Shown here: positions 19,699 to 30,384 of the stretch, one piece after another | Layout: every line of letters begins with the position of its first letter | How positions within the stretch are numbered: position 1 is the stretch's first letter | Assembly (NCBI GenBank): GCA_019058315.1 | Contig: JAHPZH010000002.1 | Coordinates: forward strand, 416,001 to 480,000 | Length of the DNA: 64,000 bases | Reading direction: 5' to 3' | DNA from: Candidatus Helarchaeota archaeon | GTDB lineage: Archaea; Asgardarchaeota; Lokiarchaeia; Helarchaeales; RDOG01 | Made by a program: the position numbers and the translations under genes | Notes under the pieces: model-generated | Told to the model about the DNA's origin: nothing | Seen by the model: only the letters and a program-made list of their open reading frames with translations | The model's database searches: none

Positions 19699-20241
19699 TT
19701 ATTTGATTTTTTCATTTTTGTCAAGTATCACAATCCCATCTGCCAGAATTTTTTTCCAATTGATGGGGAAATTAAGTACCAAATCCTTTATTTCAACTCT
19801 ACCATCACAATAGACTCCCTCAACACTGTTCCCATCAGTGATGAATAATTGTCCATCGAAGCTTAGAATGAAATATTCGCCCTTTTTAATCTTGATATCT
19901 TCTCTCCCACTTGCATTAAATTCTCTATAATAAACAACCTCATCTTGTGGTTGAATCATTAGTAACTTTTTATTTTTATAATCTTGAATGATTTCACTTT
20001 TTATTGCATCCACTTCTTTAGGAATTATGTGTCGTTCGTTAATGACTGGTCTGTAATTTGTTTGATAAACTCCCCACTGATTTGGGAAAATAACAGTCCA
20101 ATAGTCACTTAAATCAACGCCAATAGCATTCTTTGCCGTATTTTTAATGGTAAATCTAGCAAAAAAGTGGTCCGACGTATTTTTTTCGTATAATGCTTCA
20201 AGAATATGAATGGTTACTAATTTTCCTTTATAAAATAACAT
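19699..20241 (-). CDS. Hypothetical protein (beta-rich)
   Basis: 180-aa ORF with globular composition; no motif recognised. Confidence 0.55.
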   Translation of the reverse strand: MLFYKGKLVTIHILEALYEKNTSDHFFARFTIKNTAKNAIGVDLSDYWTVIFPNQWGVYQTNYRPVINERHIIPKEVDAIKSEIIQDYKNKKLLMIQPQDEVVYYREFNASGREDIKIKKGEYFILSFDGQLFITDGNSVEGVYCDGRVEIKDLVLNFPINWKKILADGIVILDKNEKIK

Positions 20242-20328
20242 TTAAACATCTTCAGCCTTTTTTTATTTTTTATAAATATTTAACACTTTGCGTTCTCAAT
20301 TAAATAAACCATGAATGAACAATCTATT

Positions 20329-20748
20329 TTAAGGACTTATTAATTTTTGAACCTTATGAAGATGTCTGGAGATTTTTACAGCTTTAGATTCAATTTCGTG
20401 AACCGTACCTTTCTCAATAACGAAATGATTAATTTTAAGATTGGGATAGAATTTACGTTGGTCTTCTGCTAGATAGTGTAATTGGAGGCAATGCGGAGAG
20501 CCATCAATGGTAAGTATCGTTAATTCTTCTATGCTGGAATAACGGATCATTAAAGTTAATTTATATCCTACTTGATCCATATGGTAAGTTTCTAAACAAA
20601 TGTGCTTATGAGCTGGTGAATTAAATTTTTTCATGAAATCTTTTAGAATTTCGGGATATCTCAGTATTAAACAAGTTCCAGTAAGTAAAATTCTCTTTTT
20701 TTCCCTTAATTCATTATCTCCAAGGTTGGTTTCAAGTAGATTATACAT
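20329..20748 (-). CDS. Conserved small Cys/His protein, probably metal or Fe-S binding
   Basis: GTC, ICLE and DGSPHC-x-QLH motifs. Confidence 0.6.
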   Translation of the reverse strand: MYNLLETNLGDNELREKKRILLTGTCLILRYPEILKDFMKKFNSPAHKHICLETYHMDQVGYKLTLMIRYSSIEELTILTIDGSPHCLQLHYLAEDQRKFYPNLKINHFVIEKGTVHEIESKAVKISRHLHKVQKLISP

Positions 20749-20854
20749 TTTTTTTCTCCAATATTTTTAAATCTAATAATAATTTTTAAATTAAAAATAT
20801 ATTCACTTATGGAAAATAAATATAAAATTTGTAGATTTAGACAATTTAAATGAC

Positions 20855-21817
20855 TTAGATGAGAAATTTACCTTCTTTTTGTATTAATTTACCATCAATT
20901 TCGATTGTAACCATATTCATAACTCCATCATGATGGATATTACTATATGTTTGACCCCCGATATTAATATTTTTACCTATAGCAAGATGAGCAGTTCCTT
21001 TCATCATTTTATCACCTATGGTCCCTGTTGTATGCTTTAGAGTGTGATTTGTTCCAATTCCTAATTCTGCAATATTATTTCCATTCTCATCTGCTGCTTC
21101 TATAATAGCTTGTATCTTAGCCGCTTCTTCAGCCCCTTCAATTTTTACTGCACGTCCATTTTCTATTAATATTTCTACAGGAGTTTTAATAGCCCCTACT
21201 TTTTCAAAAAAAACATCAATTAACCATATGCCTTGTGCTGTACCTTCTACAGGGGCTATAGCTGCTTCTGAATATTCTGGAACCGCACCCCAAGCTCCAG
21301 GAACAACATGTCTAACTCTTAAAGGAGCAGAAATTCTACCCTTCATAGATAATGAAACATCAGTACCTTTTTTTGTAGTAATTCTTGCTTCATTTCCATT
21401 TGTTAAAATATCTGCTAACTTTTCTGTTAATTCAGTGATTTCATAAATATCTTCATGCGAAATGTTTGGTTTAATATAAGGTACGCCTCCTACTCTTGCT
21501 CCAACATCGGTAGCTGCACGTCTTGCATTCATATGAAGAAATAATTGTATTGTGCTATGAGAAAGAACTCCCAAAATAACATCCGATTCAAGCATTTTTT
21601 TAGCTACTTCTTCTGGAGGTTCTATCTGCATTTCCTTTTCATTTAATTTGACCATTGTTACATTTGCATTTAAATCCTCTGCCTCCTCAGCTAAAAGTTT
21701 TGCACTTCTAGCAAAACCCCTTGAGGTAATAATTAATACCTTTTCATCTGGCTTAATTCCCATACAAGTCTCCACAATAACTCTTGCTCCCTTTCTATAA
21801 TCTAATTTTTTGCTCAT
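20855..21817 (-). CDS. Aminopeptidase, M29/leucyl aminopeptidase (AmpS/PepT-like)
   Basis: EAAIAP, AELGIGTN, GTAHLAIG, SNIHHD motifs. Confidence 0.85.
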   Translation of the reverse strand: MSKKLDYRKGARVIVETCMGIKPDEKVLIITSRGFARSAKLLAEEAEDLNANVTMVKLNEKEMQIEPPEEVAKKMLESDVILGVLSHSTIQLFLHMNARRAATDVGARVGGVPYIKPNISHEDIYEITELTEKLADILTNGNEARITTKKGTDVSLSMKGRISAPLRVRHVVPGAWGAVPEYSEAAIAPVEGTAQGIWLIDVFFEKVGAIKTPVEILIENGRAVKIEGAEEAAKIQAIIEAADENGNNIAELGIGTNHTLKHTTGTIGDKMMKGTAHLAIGKNINIGGQTYSNIHHDGVMNMVTIEIDGKLIQKEGKFLI

Positions 21818-21980
21818 TTAATCTTAAACCTCAAGATTTTATTATTTATCAATTGTAGCAATTATTATTTAAATTCATTAATATTGTTTTAACTTCATAA
21901 TTAATCATAAGATAATAGAATAACATCTTATCAAATAACCTTATAAATTTATGAATTAAAACAATTTGGAGAGTTAAATA

Positions 21981-23336
21981 ATGTCTCATCTTACTAAAGC
22001 AGCTTTAACAATCGCTGGTTCAGATAGCGGCGGCGGTGCAGGAATTCAAGCAGACTTAAAAACTTTTTCTGCATTAGGAATCCATGGAACATCCGTAATC
22101 ACTGCCATCACGGCTCAAAACACGAAAAAAATATATGAAATTCTAGAATTACCACTAAAAATTATCGAACAACAATTAATTGCGGTATTAACTGATTTTG
22201 AAATAAAATTTGCTAAAACGGGAATGCTTTATAATAAAGAAATAATTGAGTTAATTTCAAATAAAATTGAAGAATTTAAATTCAAATTAATTCTTGATCC
22301 AATAATTTTAGCCAGTTCTGGTACAAGACTATTAAAAGAGGATGCTGTAAATACTTTAATCAAGTCTTTATTTCCAAAAACTTTTGTTATAACTCCAAAT
22401 ATCATAGAAGCAGGGAAAATAACTGGAAATTCAGTTCAAAATGTTGAAGATATGAAAGAGGCTGCGAAAAATATTAAAAAACTCGGCCCTGAAGCTGTTT
22501 TAATAAAGGGAGGTCATTTAAATAGTAAACAAATCGTTGATATCTTATATTATAACGAACAATTTACGAGTTTTGAAAAAAATAAACTAAACTATCAACT
22601 TCATGGTACAGGTTGCACTTTATCAGCAGCAATTACTGCATATCTGACTTTAAATAATCCATTAAATGATGCGGTGGTTAAAGCTGAAGATTTCATAGAT
22701 TTAGCTGTTCAATATCCAATAATAACAAAAAGTGGGATATACCCGGTTAATCCTCTTGCAAAACTAGAACTTACTGCTAAACGATTCCATATACTCGAGA
22801 ATTTAAAATTAGCTATTAATATAATTGAAGGCGAAAAAAGATTTTCTCAATTAATACCTGAAGTCCGATCAAATATAGCTATGACCTTTCCAAATGTCCA
22901 ATCTACTGATGATATTGCAACTACTGAGGGAAGAATTACTATAATAAATAGCTTTCCTAGGTCATCAGGTAAAATTCATTTTGGAGGAATTCATCACGTC
23001 CCTAGGTTGATATTAAGCGCTCAAAAATTCGATCCTACTGTCATTGCGGCAATGAATATAAGATTTTCTCCCGAAATATTTCATGCTTGTCAAAAAGCTA
23101 AATTATCTGTAATAAAAATTGACCGAACTAAAGAACCTAAAGAAAAATCTAAAATTGAGGGTAAAAGTATGAGTTGGATTATTGAAGAAGCTATAAAAAT
23201 AAATAAGGGTAAAATCCCAGATCTAATTGCTGATGAAGGTGCATTAGGGAAAGAAGCAATGATTCGAATTTTTGGACATTCTGCTATTGATGTTGTTGAT
23301 AAAGCATTTCAAATCCTGAAATATATAAATATTTAA
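21981..23336 (+). CDS. thiDN: Bifunctional HMP/HMP-P kinase - thiamine-phosphate synthase (ThiD-ThiN fusion)
   Basis: IAGSDSGGGAGIQADLK, KGGH, HGTGC; C-terminal LIPEVRSN...NIRF...GKE ThiN domain. Confidence 0.93.
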   Translation: MSHLTKAALTIAGSDSGGGAGIQADLKTFSALGIHGTSVITAITAQNTKKIYEILELPLKIIEQQLIAVLTDFEIKFAKTGMLYNKEIIELISNKIEEFKFKLILDPIILASSGTRLLKEDAVNTLIKSLFPKTFVITPNIIEAGKITGNSVQNVEDMKEAAKNIKKLGPEAVLIKGGHLNSKQIVDILYYNEQFTSFEKNKLNYQLHGTGCTLSAAITAYLTLNNPLNDAVVKAEDFIDLAVQYPIITKSGIYPVNPLAKLELTAKRFHILENLKLAINIIEGEKRFSQLIPEVRSNIAMTFPNVQSTDDIATTEGRITIINSFPRSSGKIHFGGIHHVPRLILSAQKFDPTVIAAMNIRFSPEIFHACQKAKLSVIKIDRTKEPKEKSKIEGKSMSWIIEEAIKINKGKIPDLIADEGALGKEAMIRIFGHSAIDVVDKAFQILKYINI

Positions 23337-23370
23337 GATTTTTTTTAATTTCTTATCATTTTTTTCTTTC

Positions 23371-23775
23371 TTACTTATTTTCTGAATAATGCTTAATATT
23401 CGCATAAATACCTATCGCTATCAGAATTGGACCTACAATAAATGTCAAAGGTATAAGAGCAATATTGGAATAGAAAAAATTTGCTTCCCAGTTTAGGTAA
23501 AAAATATAATTTGAATAAAGCCCAAATCCAAGTCCGATTAATAAAATACCCGTTATAATAATAGGGAATCTTAGCAGGAAGTTTAGAAAGTCAAGTGGAC
23601 TACTGGTATAACGTTCACTATGTCTTTCTTCGCCCTCTATTCGCAACCCATGATAATAATTCGGTCTAGCGTCTTCCATTCTTTTACATTCGGGGCATAG
23701 ACCACCGAAATTAGTATATTGTATTTCTGAAATTTCTTCTCCGCAATTTTCACAGTATGGCATAGACTTAACCAC
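23371..23775 (-). CDS. Zinc-ribbon protein with two TM helices
   Basis: CENC...CPEC followed by two hydrophobic helices. Confidence 0.65.
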   Translation of the reverse strand: MVKSMPYCENCGEEISEIQYTNFGGLCPECKRMEDARPNYYHGLRIEGEERHSERYTSSPLDFLNFLLRFPIIITGILLIGLGFGLYSNYIFYLNWEANFFYSNIALIPLTFIVGPILIAIGIYANIKHYSENK

Positions 23776-23860
23776 ATCCTCTTTATTGTATCAATATTAA
23801 AAATAATCAAATTTAAATCTTTATAAATAAGAAGGATCTCTACAAATATTAAAAAATTCG

Positions 23861-25255
23861 TTATTTTTTTAATTGTAAACCAATAATATTATCTAATTCT
23901 GCTAGGAAATCTTCAAATTTCGCCATTTTAATATAACCGCCACCAGAATTAGTATGACCTCCTCCAAAACCACCGACAATATTCGCTGCTTTTTTTAATG
24001 CATCTCCTAGATTAATACCTTTTTTTACAAGAGGTGAGTGACAACGTGCAGAAAATTTGATTTTATCTTCAGTTTGGGCTAAACAAATCAAAATTTTATT
24101 CGGATCTGAAACTCTACTTGATAGAACCATAGAACAAACAGTACCAATTAAATTAGGCTCAATTTTGTCAGAAATTGAATATATTACATTTTGTTTTTCA
24201 TTTATTGAGTCAGTAACATCCTTTATTCCTATAAATAATTTATTTGTATCGTCTTCAAATAGTTCAACAGCACGTCTATATGTGTCATAATCACTTTTCA
24301 AGCATACTTCAAGCCCAATTTTCGCCTGCCCCCTTCTACCACAAGCATTGATTAGGAAACCAAATTCTCTGGCATCTCTTTTCATTGTACCCTCCTGTTC
24401 TTTTAATAATGTATAAACCTTACCATATAAACTAGCGATTACATTTTCTGGAAGTTTTCCTTTCAATCTAGATTTTAGAGCTTCCCAAAATTGGCCTTTT
24501 TTATCCTCATCTAAATCTATCCATCTTTGTTTCTTATCTATATTTAGACTTGATAAAAAGTTTTTACATGCATTTAAATCAGCAGTTAATGATGGAAGGA
24601 CCGGAAATGAAATGAAAAGTAAATTCAACATAGAATAGGTCTGTCTTCCTAGTAAACGTATGTCTTCTTCCCTTTTTATATATTTCTGTGCTTCTGCTTC
24701 CCTGCATATTTCATCATTATAACCTATTAAGTCTCCTTTTGAATCCTGCCATTCAGCAATTGCTGCAACTACTGCAAGTGGTGACATCTCAACATGTTTT
24801 TCAACTTGATTTGCTACAAGATATGCCAAACCTCCTGCTGAAATAGATTGAGTGCCATCAATACCTGCAAGCCAAGGATTAATATGTGCAACTTTTTCAT
24901 TTGAAGGAATTTTTTGAGCTGTTTTATGATGATCTATTACCAAAATACATTTATTTGGAAATTTAGTTAGAATAAAATCCAAAATTGTGGAACCACAATC
25001 ACAAAAAATAAGAAAATCAAAGTTATTTTGGTTTTCAGCAATAGAATCAATAATATCATTTCTTAAAGAATGTGTAAATCTATAATTAATTTGTCCGTTA
25101 TGAGATCTAATAACTTTAGTTAAAACAGCTGCTCCTGTTACACCATCTGCATCTAGATGTGCTACACAATAAAAATTTGAACCTTTTTTTAATTCTACTT
25201 GAAGCAATTGTGCTCCATTTCTGATTATTTCTAGAAATTTTTCATGTTCCGACAT
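23861..25255 (-). CDS. recJ: DHH phosphoesterase, archaeal RecJ/GAN (Cdc45-like)
   Basis: HLDADG, DCGS, IDHH, INACGR, GGGH (DHHA1). Confidence 0.88.
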   Translation of the reverse strand: MSEHEKFLEIIRNGAQLLQVELKKGSNFYCVAHLDADGVTGAAVLTKVIRSHNGQINYRFTHSLRNDIIDSIAENQNNFDFLIFCDCGSTILDFILTKFPNKCILVIDHHKTAQKIPSNEKVAHINPWLAGIDGTQSISAGGLAYLVANQVEKHVEMSPLAVVAAIAEWQDSKGDLIGYNDEICREAEAQKYIKREEDIRLLGRQTYSMLNLLFISFPVLPSLTADLNACKNFLSSLNIDKKQRWIDLDEDKKGQFWEALKSRLKGKLPENVIASLYGKVYTLLKEQEGTMKRDAREFGFLINACGRRGQAKIGLEVCLKSDYDTYRRAVELFEDDTNKLFIGIKDVTDSINEKQNVIYSISDKIEPNLIGTVCSMVLSSRVSDPNKILICLAQTEDKIKFSARCHSPLVKKGINLGDALKKAANIVGGFGGGHTNSGGGYIKMAKFEDFLAELDNIIGLQLKK

Positions 25256-25307
25256 TTTCTGCAGATTAAACAGCTATTAAGAAAGAGAAAGAGATAAAAA
25301 ATTAAAA

Positions 25308-25613
25308 TTATGGGCTTCCCTTGTTAATCATATCTTTTATTTTGTTTATTTCGCCAGGATCCTTAACTATTGGAATATTTTCAAAATATCCTGGTAAACC
25401 TTTTGTCAGTTCTTCAATCAATAATAATAAAGCTTTATCCGATGGAATATCTTTAACAGAAAAAGAACCTGGAAATTCGAAAACTGCTTCTTTCCAAGTG
25501 CCCGGTTCTTTTGAAACTAAGCAATAGATATAATCTTTCGTATAAATTATGACAGAACTCTTTCCCGGTTCCGTAGTCTCATCAATAACCTTTATCATAT
25601 CTTCTTTACTCAT
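25308..25613 (-). CDS. Hypothetical protein
   Basis: 101-aa ORF co-oriented with recJ, normal composition. Confidence 0.55.
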   Translation of the reverse strand: MSKEDMIKVIDETTEPGKSSVIIYTKDYIYCLVSKEPGTWKEAVFEFPGSFSVKDIPSDKALLLLIEELTKGLPGYFENIPIVKDPGEINKIKDMINKGSP

Positions 25614-25778
25614 TTTCTCACCAATTTTTAAAATGAGATTAAATCATCAAATTATTAATTACCAATTAGTTCAGATTTGGTTTAAATTAATCTTACCCAT
25701 ACTTAATAATATAAACTATTTAAAGGTGTTAAACAATTTATTTATATAAATCAATCGAGGGCAACCGGAGAGGTATTA

Positions 25779-26339
25779 ATGGTTAAAGATAGTTATAAAA
25801 TCGTAAATGTAGTGGCTTCGGTTACATTAGATGATGAGATTGATTTGTATAGAGTTGCAAGAAAATATAAAGATATTGAATGGAACCCTGAACGCTTTCC
25901 CGGATTAATTATGAGAATTATCAAGCCTAAAGCATGTATCTTAATGTTTCACACTGGTAAAATGGTAGTTACAGGTCTATCTCGAGAAAAAGACATTCAG
26001 GAAGTTACAAAAGGTGTACTTGAGAAAATAAAAAATGCTGGTATAATAATAAAATCAGAACCAAAGATAAAAATTCAAAATGTCGTAGCAAGTGGTGATT
26101 TAGGATCCGAAATTAATCTTGATCTAGCTTCTATTCTTCTAAAAAGAGCTATTTATGAACCAGAGGTGTTTCCCGGTCTAATATTTCGAATGACTGAACC
26201 TAAAACCGCTTTTTTAATTTTTAGTTCGGGAAGAATTGTCATTGCTGGCGCAAAAAATGAAGATATAATCAAAGAGGGAATTAAGAAATTAAAGGAACAA
26301 TTAAATGAATTAGATTTAATAAAAGAAAAAGAAAGTTAA
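25779..26339 (+). CDS. tbp: TATA-box binding protein
   Basis: Two repeats NVVAS...[WY][NE]PE-x-FPGLI...F-x-[TS]G[KR]. Confidence 0.97.
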   Translation: MVKDSYKIVNVVASVTLDDEIDLYRVARKYKDIEWNPERFPGLIMRIIKPKACILMFHTGKMVVTGLSREKDIQEVTKGVLEKIKNAGIIIKSEPKIKIQNVVASGDLGSEINLDLASILLKRAIYEPEVFPGLIFRMTEPKTAFLIFSSGRIVIAGAKNEDIIKEGIKKLKEQLNELDLIKEKES

Positions 26340-26349
26340 ATCTTAAATA

Positions 26350-26826
26350 TTATTTTAAAATATTAACGTTTGTCTTTAATTTCTTGAGTGTATCTTCTAA
26401 TTTCTCTACAATCATTCGAGTTCCGGAGGTTATATCCATAAATCCTAATTCATTTTCATATCGAGGTACTAAATGAAAATGTAAATGATTTATAATACTT
26501 GCACCAGCAGCTTTCCCTTGATTTAAACCAATATTAAAACCAACAGGAGAATAAACTTTTTCCAACAATTTTACGGATTTTTGAATGGTTTTCATAATAA
26601 TAAGTAAATCTTTATCTGCTAAATCCTCAAATTTTTCAATGTGTTTTTTTGGAGCTATTAATAAATGAGCTGGATTGTATGGATATTTATTTAAAATTAT
26701 TATAATATCGTCTGTTTCAAAAAGTACTAGGTCTAAAGGATTACAAAAAATGCATTTTTCTGTTTTTTTACTGGTCACGTAGCTCATCTTATCAATAAAC
26801 TTATAATCTCGAAATTTTTTCTCCAA
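26350..26826 (-). CDS. HIT family hydrolase (Ap4A hydrolase/FHIT-like)
   Basis: CIFC, NKYPY, HLHFHLVPR. Confidence 0.93.
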   Translation of the reverse strand: MEKKFRDYKFIDKMSYVTSKKTEKCIFCNPLDLVLFETDDIIIILNKYPYNPAHLLIAPKKHIEKFEDLADKDLLIIMKTIQKSVKLLEKVYSPVGFNIGLNQGKAAGASIINHLHFHLVPRYENELGFMDITSGTRMIVEKLEDTLKKLKTNVNILK

Positions 26827-26857
26827 ATCTATTTTGTCCTTTTCTGAATAATAATGC

Positions 26858-27295
26858 TTATTTTGATTGGAATTTTTTTAAAATATTATTTAAAACGTTT
26901 TTTAAAGCGGGTTCACCTACAGCTCCAATTACCTTATCAATTAAATTACCTTTAGAAAATATTAAAAAGGTAGGAATTCCCATAACTCCAAATTTTATTA
27001 AAATTTGTTGATTTAAATCTGCATTAAGTGAACAGAATAAGATTTTATTACTATATTCGGGGGAATTAGCTAATTTTTCAAAAATAGGGGCCATCATCTT
27101 ACAAGGCATACACCAATCTGCCCATAAATCAACAATGCTTAAGTTTGCCTTACTAATTACTTCATAAAAATTACTTGAATTAAGTTCCACAATACCTTTA
27201 GCAGATTCTTGCTGAGGATTTTGAATGCGATGTTTAAGTTGTTCCATTTTTTTTAAGCGAAGCTTTCTTAATTCTTCATCTTCTTGATCGTTCAA
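26858..27295 (-). CDS. trxA: Thioredoxin
   Basis: WADWCMPC active site, GIPT; N-terminal charged helix. Confidence 0.93.
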   Translation of the reverse strand: MNDQEDEELRKLRLKKMEQLKHRIQNPQQESAKGIVELNSSNFYEVISKANLSIVDLWADWCMPCKMMAPIFEKLANSPEYSNKILFCSLNADLNQQILIKFGVMGIPTFLIFSKGNLIDKVIGAVGEPALKNVLNNILKKFQSK

Positions 27296-27383
27296 TTTTT
27301 CTAATTCTCCTATAACTAATTTGTTCTTCTAAAATGTAAAATCTCATTTATATTAAAAATATAAACATATAACTTCAGAAATA

Positions 27384-28745
27384 TCAATTCAGTAGTAATA
27401 AGACTAAATCACTAACATTCGTTCCAGTAGGTCCAGTAAATATAAGGTTATGCCCTAATTCTTTGAAAAATGTATATGAATCGTTATTGTTAAGATAATT
27501 TTCAACTTTCAGTCCCAAATTTTTTGCTACAGAGTAACTGTTATTGTCAATAATAGCACCAGCCGCATCACTATTCCCATCTATTCCATCTGTTCCAATG
27601 GCTAACATAACAGCATGTTTAAAATTTTCCAATTTTTTCGTTGCACCCAAAATTAACTCTTGACATCTACCGCCTTTACCAAGCCCCTTTATTTGAACAG
27701 TTGTTTCACCCCCCGCAATAAATAGGAGCGGTTTTCCGAATTTTGGAATTTTAACATAGATTTCATTAGCCAAATCGATTAATTTTTTACCCATCTCTCT
27801 TGCTTCTCCTTCAACGAATTTAGAAAAAAGAAATGGAGTGATATCTCGTTTATTTGCGAAGTTAAAAACTGCTTTACATGCGGTTTTTAAACTTCCCACG
27901 ACAAAATTTTCTGTTTTAGAAAAACAAGGGTCATTTTTTTTGGGATTTTCTGGAATTACACCCTCTAAGCCTTTTTTAAAATGCTTTCTAATTGAGGGAG
28001 GAGTCTCTTCAAATATTCTATATTTCTCTAAAATTTCTATAGCATTCTGATAGGTACTTTGATCCGGGTATGTAGGACCAGAGGCTATGAATTCTGGAGG
28101 GTATTTTCCGACATCTGAAATTAAAAAGGAAATTATTTTTGCAGGATATAATTGTTTTACTAAATTGCCTCCTTTAAATTTGTCAATATGTTTCCTGACA
28201 ATATTTATCTCTTTAATATCTGCCCCAGAATTTAAAAGTATTTTTGTTAAATCTTGAATATCATCTAAATTAATCCCTTCATAGGGAAAAGTAAGTAAAG
28301 CACTTCCACCTCCACTTATTAATATAAAAATTAAGCTATTTTTTTTAGGAATTATTTTTATTAAATCTAGCAGATGATTTGCTGCTTGAATATTTGTTTT
28401 ACCTGGTATAGGATGCTCTGCCTCTAGAATTTTTATTTTTTCGACATTAATAGTTCGTTTTATATTCCTTGGTACAATTACGATCCCATCTGTAATATTA
28501 CTAGAACCCAAAGTTTTTTCAATTTGTTCAGCCATACCTCCACTTGCTTTACCAAATCCAAGTATGTATATATTGTTATAATCGTCAAATTTTGGAATCT
28601 TGTCAAAAATAAATGATTTTGTTAGTAAATTTGAAATTTCAATTGACTGAAAAGCAATTTCTAATATATTTAACATTATCTTACGCATTTCTCTAATTTT
28701 AGGATTCTGTACTTCCAATAAATTTTCTCTATTTTTTATCGACAT
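27384..28745 (-). CDS. Glycerate 2-kinase (MOFRL/TtuD family)
   Basis: GFGKA, ISGGGSAL, SDV, IASGP, GGETTV, GGRCQE, TDGIDG, TGTNVSD. Confidence 0.93.
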   Translation of the reverse strand: MSIKNRENLLEVQNPKIREMRKIMLNILEIAFQSIEISNLLTKSFIFDKIPKFDDYNNIYILGFGKASGGMAEQIEKTLGSSNITDGIVIVPRNIKRTINVEKIKILEAEHPIPGKTNIQAANHLLDLIKIIPKKNSLIFILISGGGSALLTFPYEGINLDDIQDLTKILLNSGADIKEINIVRKHIDKFKGGNLVKQLYPAKIISFLISDVGKYPPEFIASGPTYPDQSTYQNAIEILEKYRIFEETPPSIRKHFKKGLEGVIPENPKKNDPCFSKTENFVVGSLKTACKAVFNFANKRDITPFLFSKFVEGEAREMGKKLIDLANEIYVKIPKFGKPLLFIAGGETTVQIKGLGKGGRCQELILGATKKLENFKHAVMLAIGTDGIDGNSDAAGAIIDNNSYSVAKNLGLKVENYLNNNDSYTFFKELGHNLIFTGPTGTNVSDLVLLLLN

Positions 28746-28830
28746 TTAATAAATATTATTTCTTCAAATGTATTTATTTTTCTACTAATTGAAATCTTGT
28801 TTCTGTTATTCCCTATAAAAGGGAAAAAAT

Positions 28831-28860
28831 TTTGTTAATATATTTTGATATGTTAACAAA
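28831..28860. promoter_or_regulatory. 12-bp imperfect inverted repeat, candidate operator
   Basis: TTTGTTAATATA-ttttga-TATGTTAACAAA (11/12 match) between the divergent glycerate kinase and wHTH genes. Confidence 0.35.
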
Positions 28861-28966
28861 TCATGTTTTATATACCTATTCCGAAGGCTTTTTTTGATTC
28901 AATTTTAGTAAGTATATTAATCTAAATTTAGTGATTAAGCTTAAAAATTCATTTTAAGGTTATTTT

Positions 28967-29317
28967 ATGGATATTACAAGCTATTCTCCACAAAAAAGGG
29001 ACTATGTCCAAAAAATTATTGAAGAAGAACTCTATGATTATGTAACCGATGTTAATAGAAGATGGAATAGCAATATTTTTCCAAGTTCTTCTTTAGCCAA
29101 AGCCCTCTTAAAGAATCTACATGAAGGTCGGAATAAATATCGTAAATATCATACGTTGGTAAAAAAAGTCTTAAATAAATGGGCTACTTTAGGCTTCTGT
29201 AAATTAATTAGTATGACATCTCTTCCTTCTGGGAAAAAGACTAAATTCATTTACCAATTCGAATTTGATAAAATGAAAAAATTTCAAGTTATTAAACTAT
29301 TACCTTTAACAATTTAA
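28967..29317 (+). CDS. Small basic protein, probable winged-helix DNA-binding
   Basis: Helix-helix...VLNKWATLGFCKL followed by beta-hairpin (SGKKTKFIYQF). Confidence 0.55.
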   Translation: MDITSYSPQKRDYVQKIIEEELYDYVTDVNRRWNSNIFPSSSLAKALLKNLHEGRNKYRKYHTLVKKVLNKWATLGFCKLISMTSLPSGKKTKFIYQFEFDKMKKFQVIKLLPLTI

Positions 29318-29371
29318 ATTTAGAATTTATATTATCTGTAATTAAGAATCTATTTTTCTAAAAATTTGATT

Positions 29372-29719
29372 TTATTTGACTGGATATTGAGTCATTTCCA
29401 CCCATGGATGACCTAAAACAAGTATTATTCCATTCTCTCGAAATTTTTCAGGAAAATCATTTTCAGGCATTATGTAAATATAAAATGAATGCGGATCTAC
29501 TTTATTAGGGATTGAAAATTCAACTGGAATTTCATGTGGTGAATTATCAATACAATAAGATGTTGGAATAACATCTATTCTTTCTTTTAAAAATTTTTCA
29601 TCAATATAATTTCCGCTTAAACTAGGATCAATAAGGATTTTGATATTATTAACTTCATAATTTTTGTCCCATAGCAAAAATACTATATTTATAATTTCTG
29701 TATTCAAAAAAACCACCAA
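29372..29719 (-). CDS. Retropepsin-like fold protein with degenerate catalytic motif
   Basis: KILIDPSLSGNYID (cf. hhDSGA..NFI) and LVLGHPWV (cf. hhLG..WL). Confidence 0.45.
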   Translation of the reverse strand: MVVFLNTEIINIVFLLWDKNYEVNNIKILIDPSLSGNYIDEKFLKERIDVIPTSYCIDNSPHEIPVEFSIPNKVDPHSFYIYIMPENDFPEKFRENGIILVLGHPWVEMTQYPVK

Positions 29720-29808
29720 TTAATAATGAGAAGTGAAATCTATAAATCTTCATTTTGTTAATGTTTTAGATATAAAATCAAATTCTTATATAATTAGAGG
29801 ATTTTTAA

Positions 29809-30375
29809 ATGTCAAAATCCAACGAAATTTCTTCTGATTGGTCTTCTAAATTAAAAAATGTTTTAGAAGAATCGAATTTATTATCAAAGTTTGAAAAATG
29901 TATCACTTGTGGTAAGTGTGTTGGCGATTGTCCCGCTTCTACAGTGTCATCTACTTATAATGTTCGTAAATTAATTCGTGATATGTTATATGGACGGTCA
30001 GATTTATTATTATCAAGTGAAGAGATTTGGGAATGCTTTTTATGCTACACTTGTGAAGTTTTATGTCCAGCTGGATTAAAAATACCCAATTTAATCCATC
30101 TTTTAAGAGAAAAAGCGTTAGAAGAAGGATATGGTTATGATTTGATTCAAGATATTAAACCAATGGGGGAGTATTTTTTAAAAACTGGAACTGTTTTTGA
30201 AAATGTTACAATTAAAAAAGTTAGGGAGAAATTAGGAATACCCAAAAAACGGATAATTACTGAGCAAGCACTCAAAAAATTAAATCAAATATGTGAATCA
30301 ACTGGCTTTATAAATACTATAAAGAATATAGATAAGAAAGTAAAGTCAACTAAAGCTAGAAAAACAAATTATTAG
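29809..30375 (+). CDS. hdrC: Heterodisulfide reductase subunit C
   Basis: CITCGKCVGDCP and IWECFLCYTCEVLCP; first gene of the hdr operon. Confidence 0.88.
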   Translation: MSKSNEISSDWSSKLKNVLEESNLLSKFEKCITCGKCVGDCPASTVSSTYNVRKLIRDMLYGRSDLLLSSEEIWECFLCYTCEVLCPAGLKIPNLIHLLREKALEEGYGYDLIQDIKPMGEYFLKTGTVFENVTIKKVREKLGIPKKRIITEQALKKLNQICESTGFINTIKNIDKKVKSTKARKTNY

Positions 30376-30384
30376 GTTTATGCT

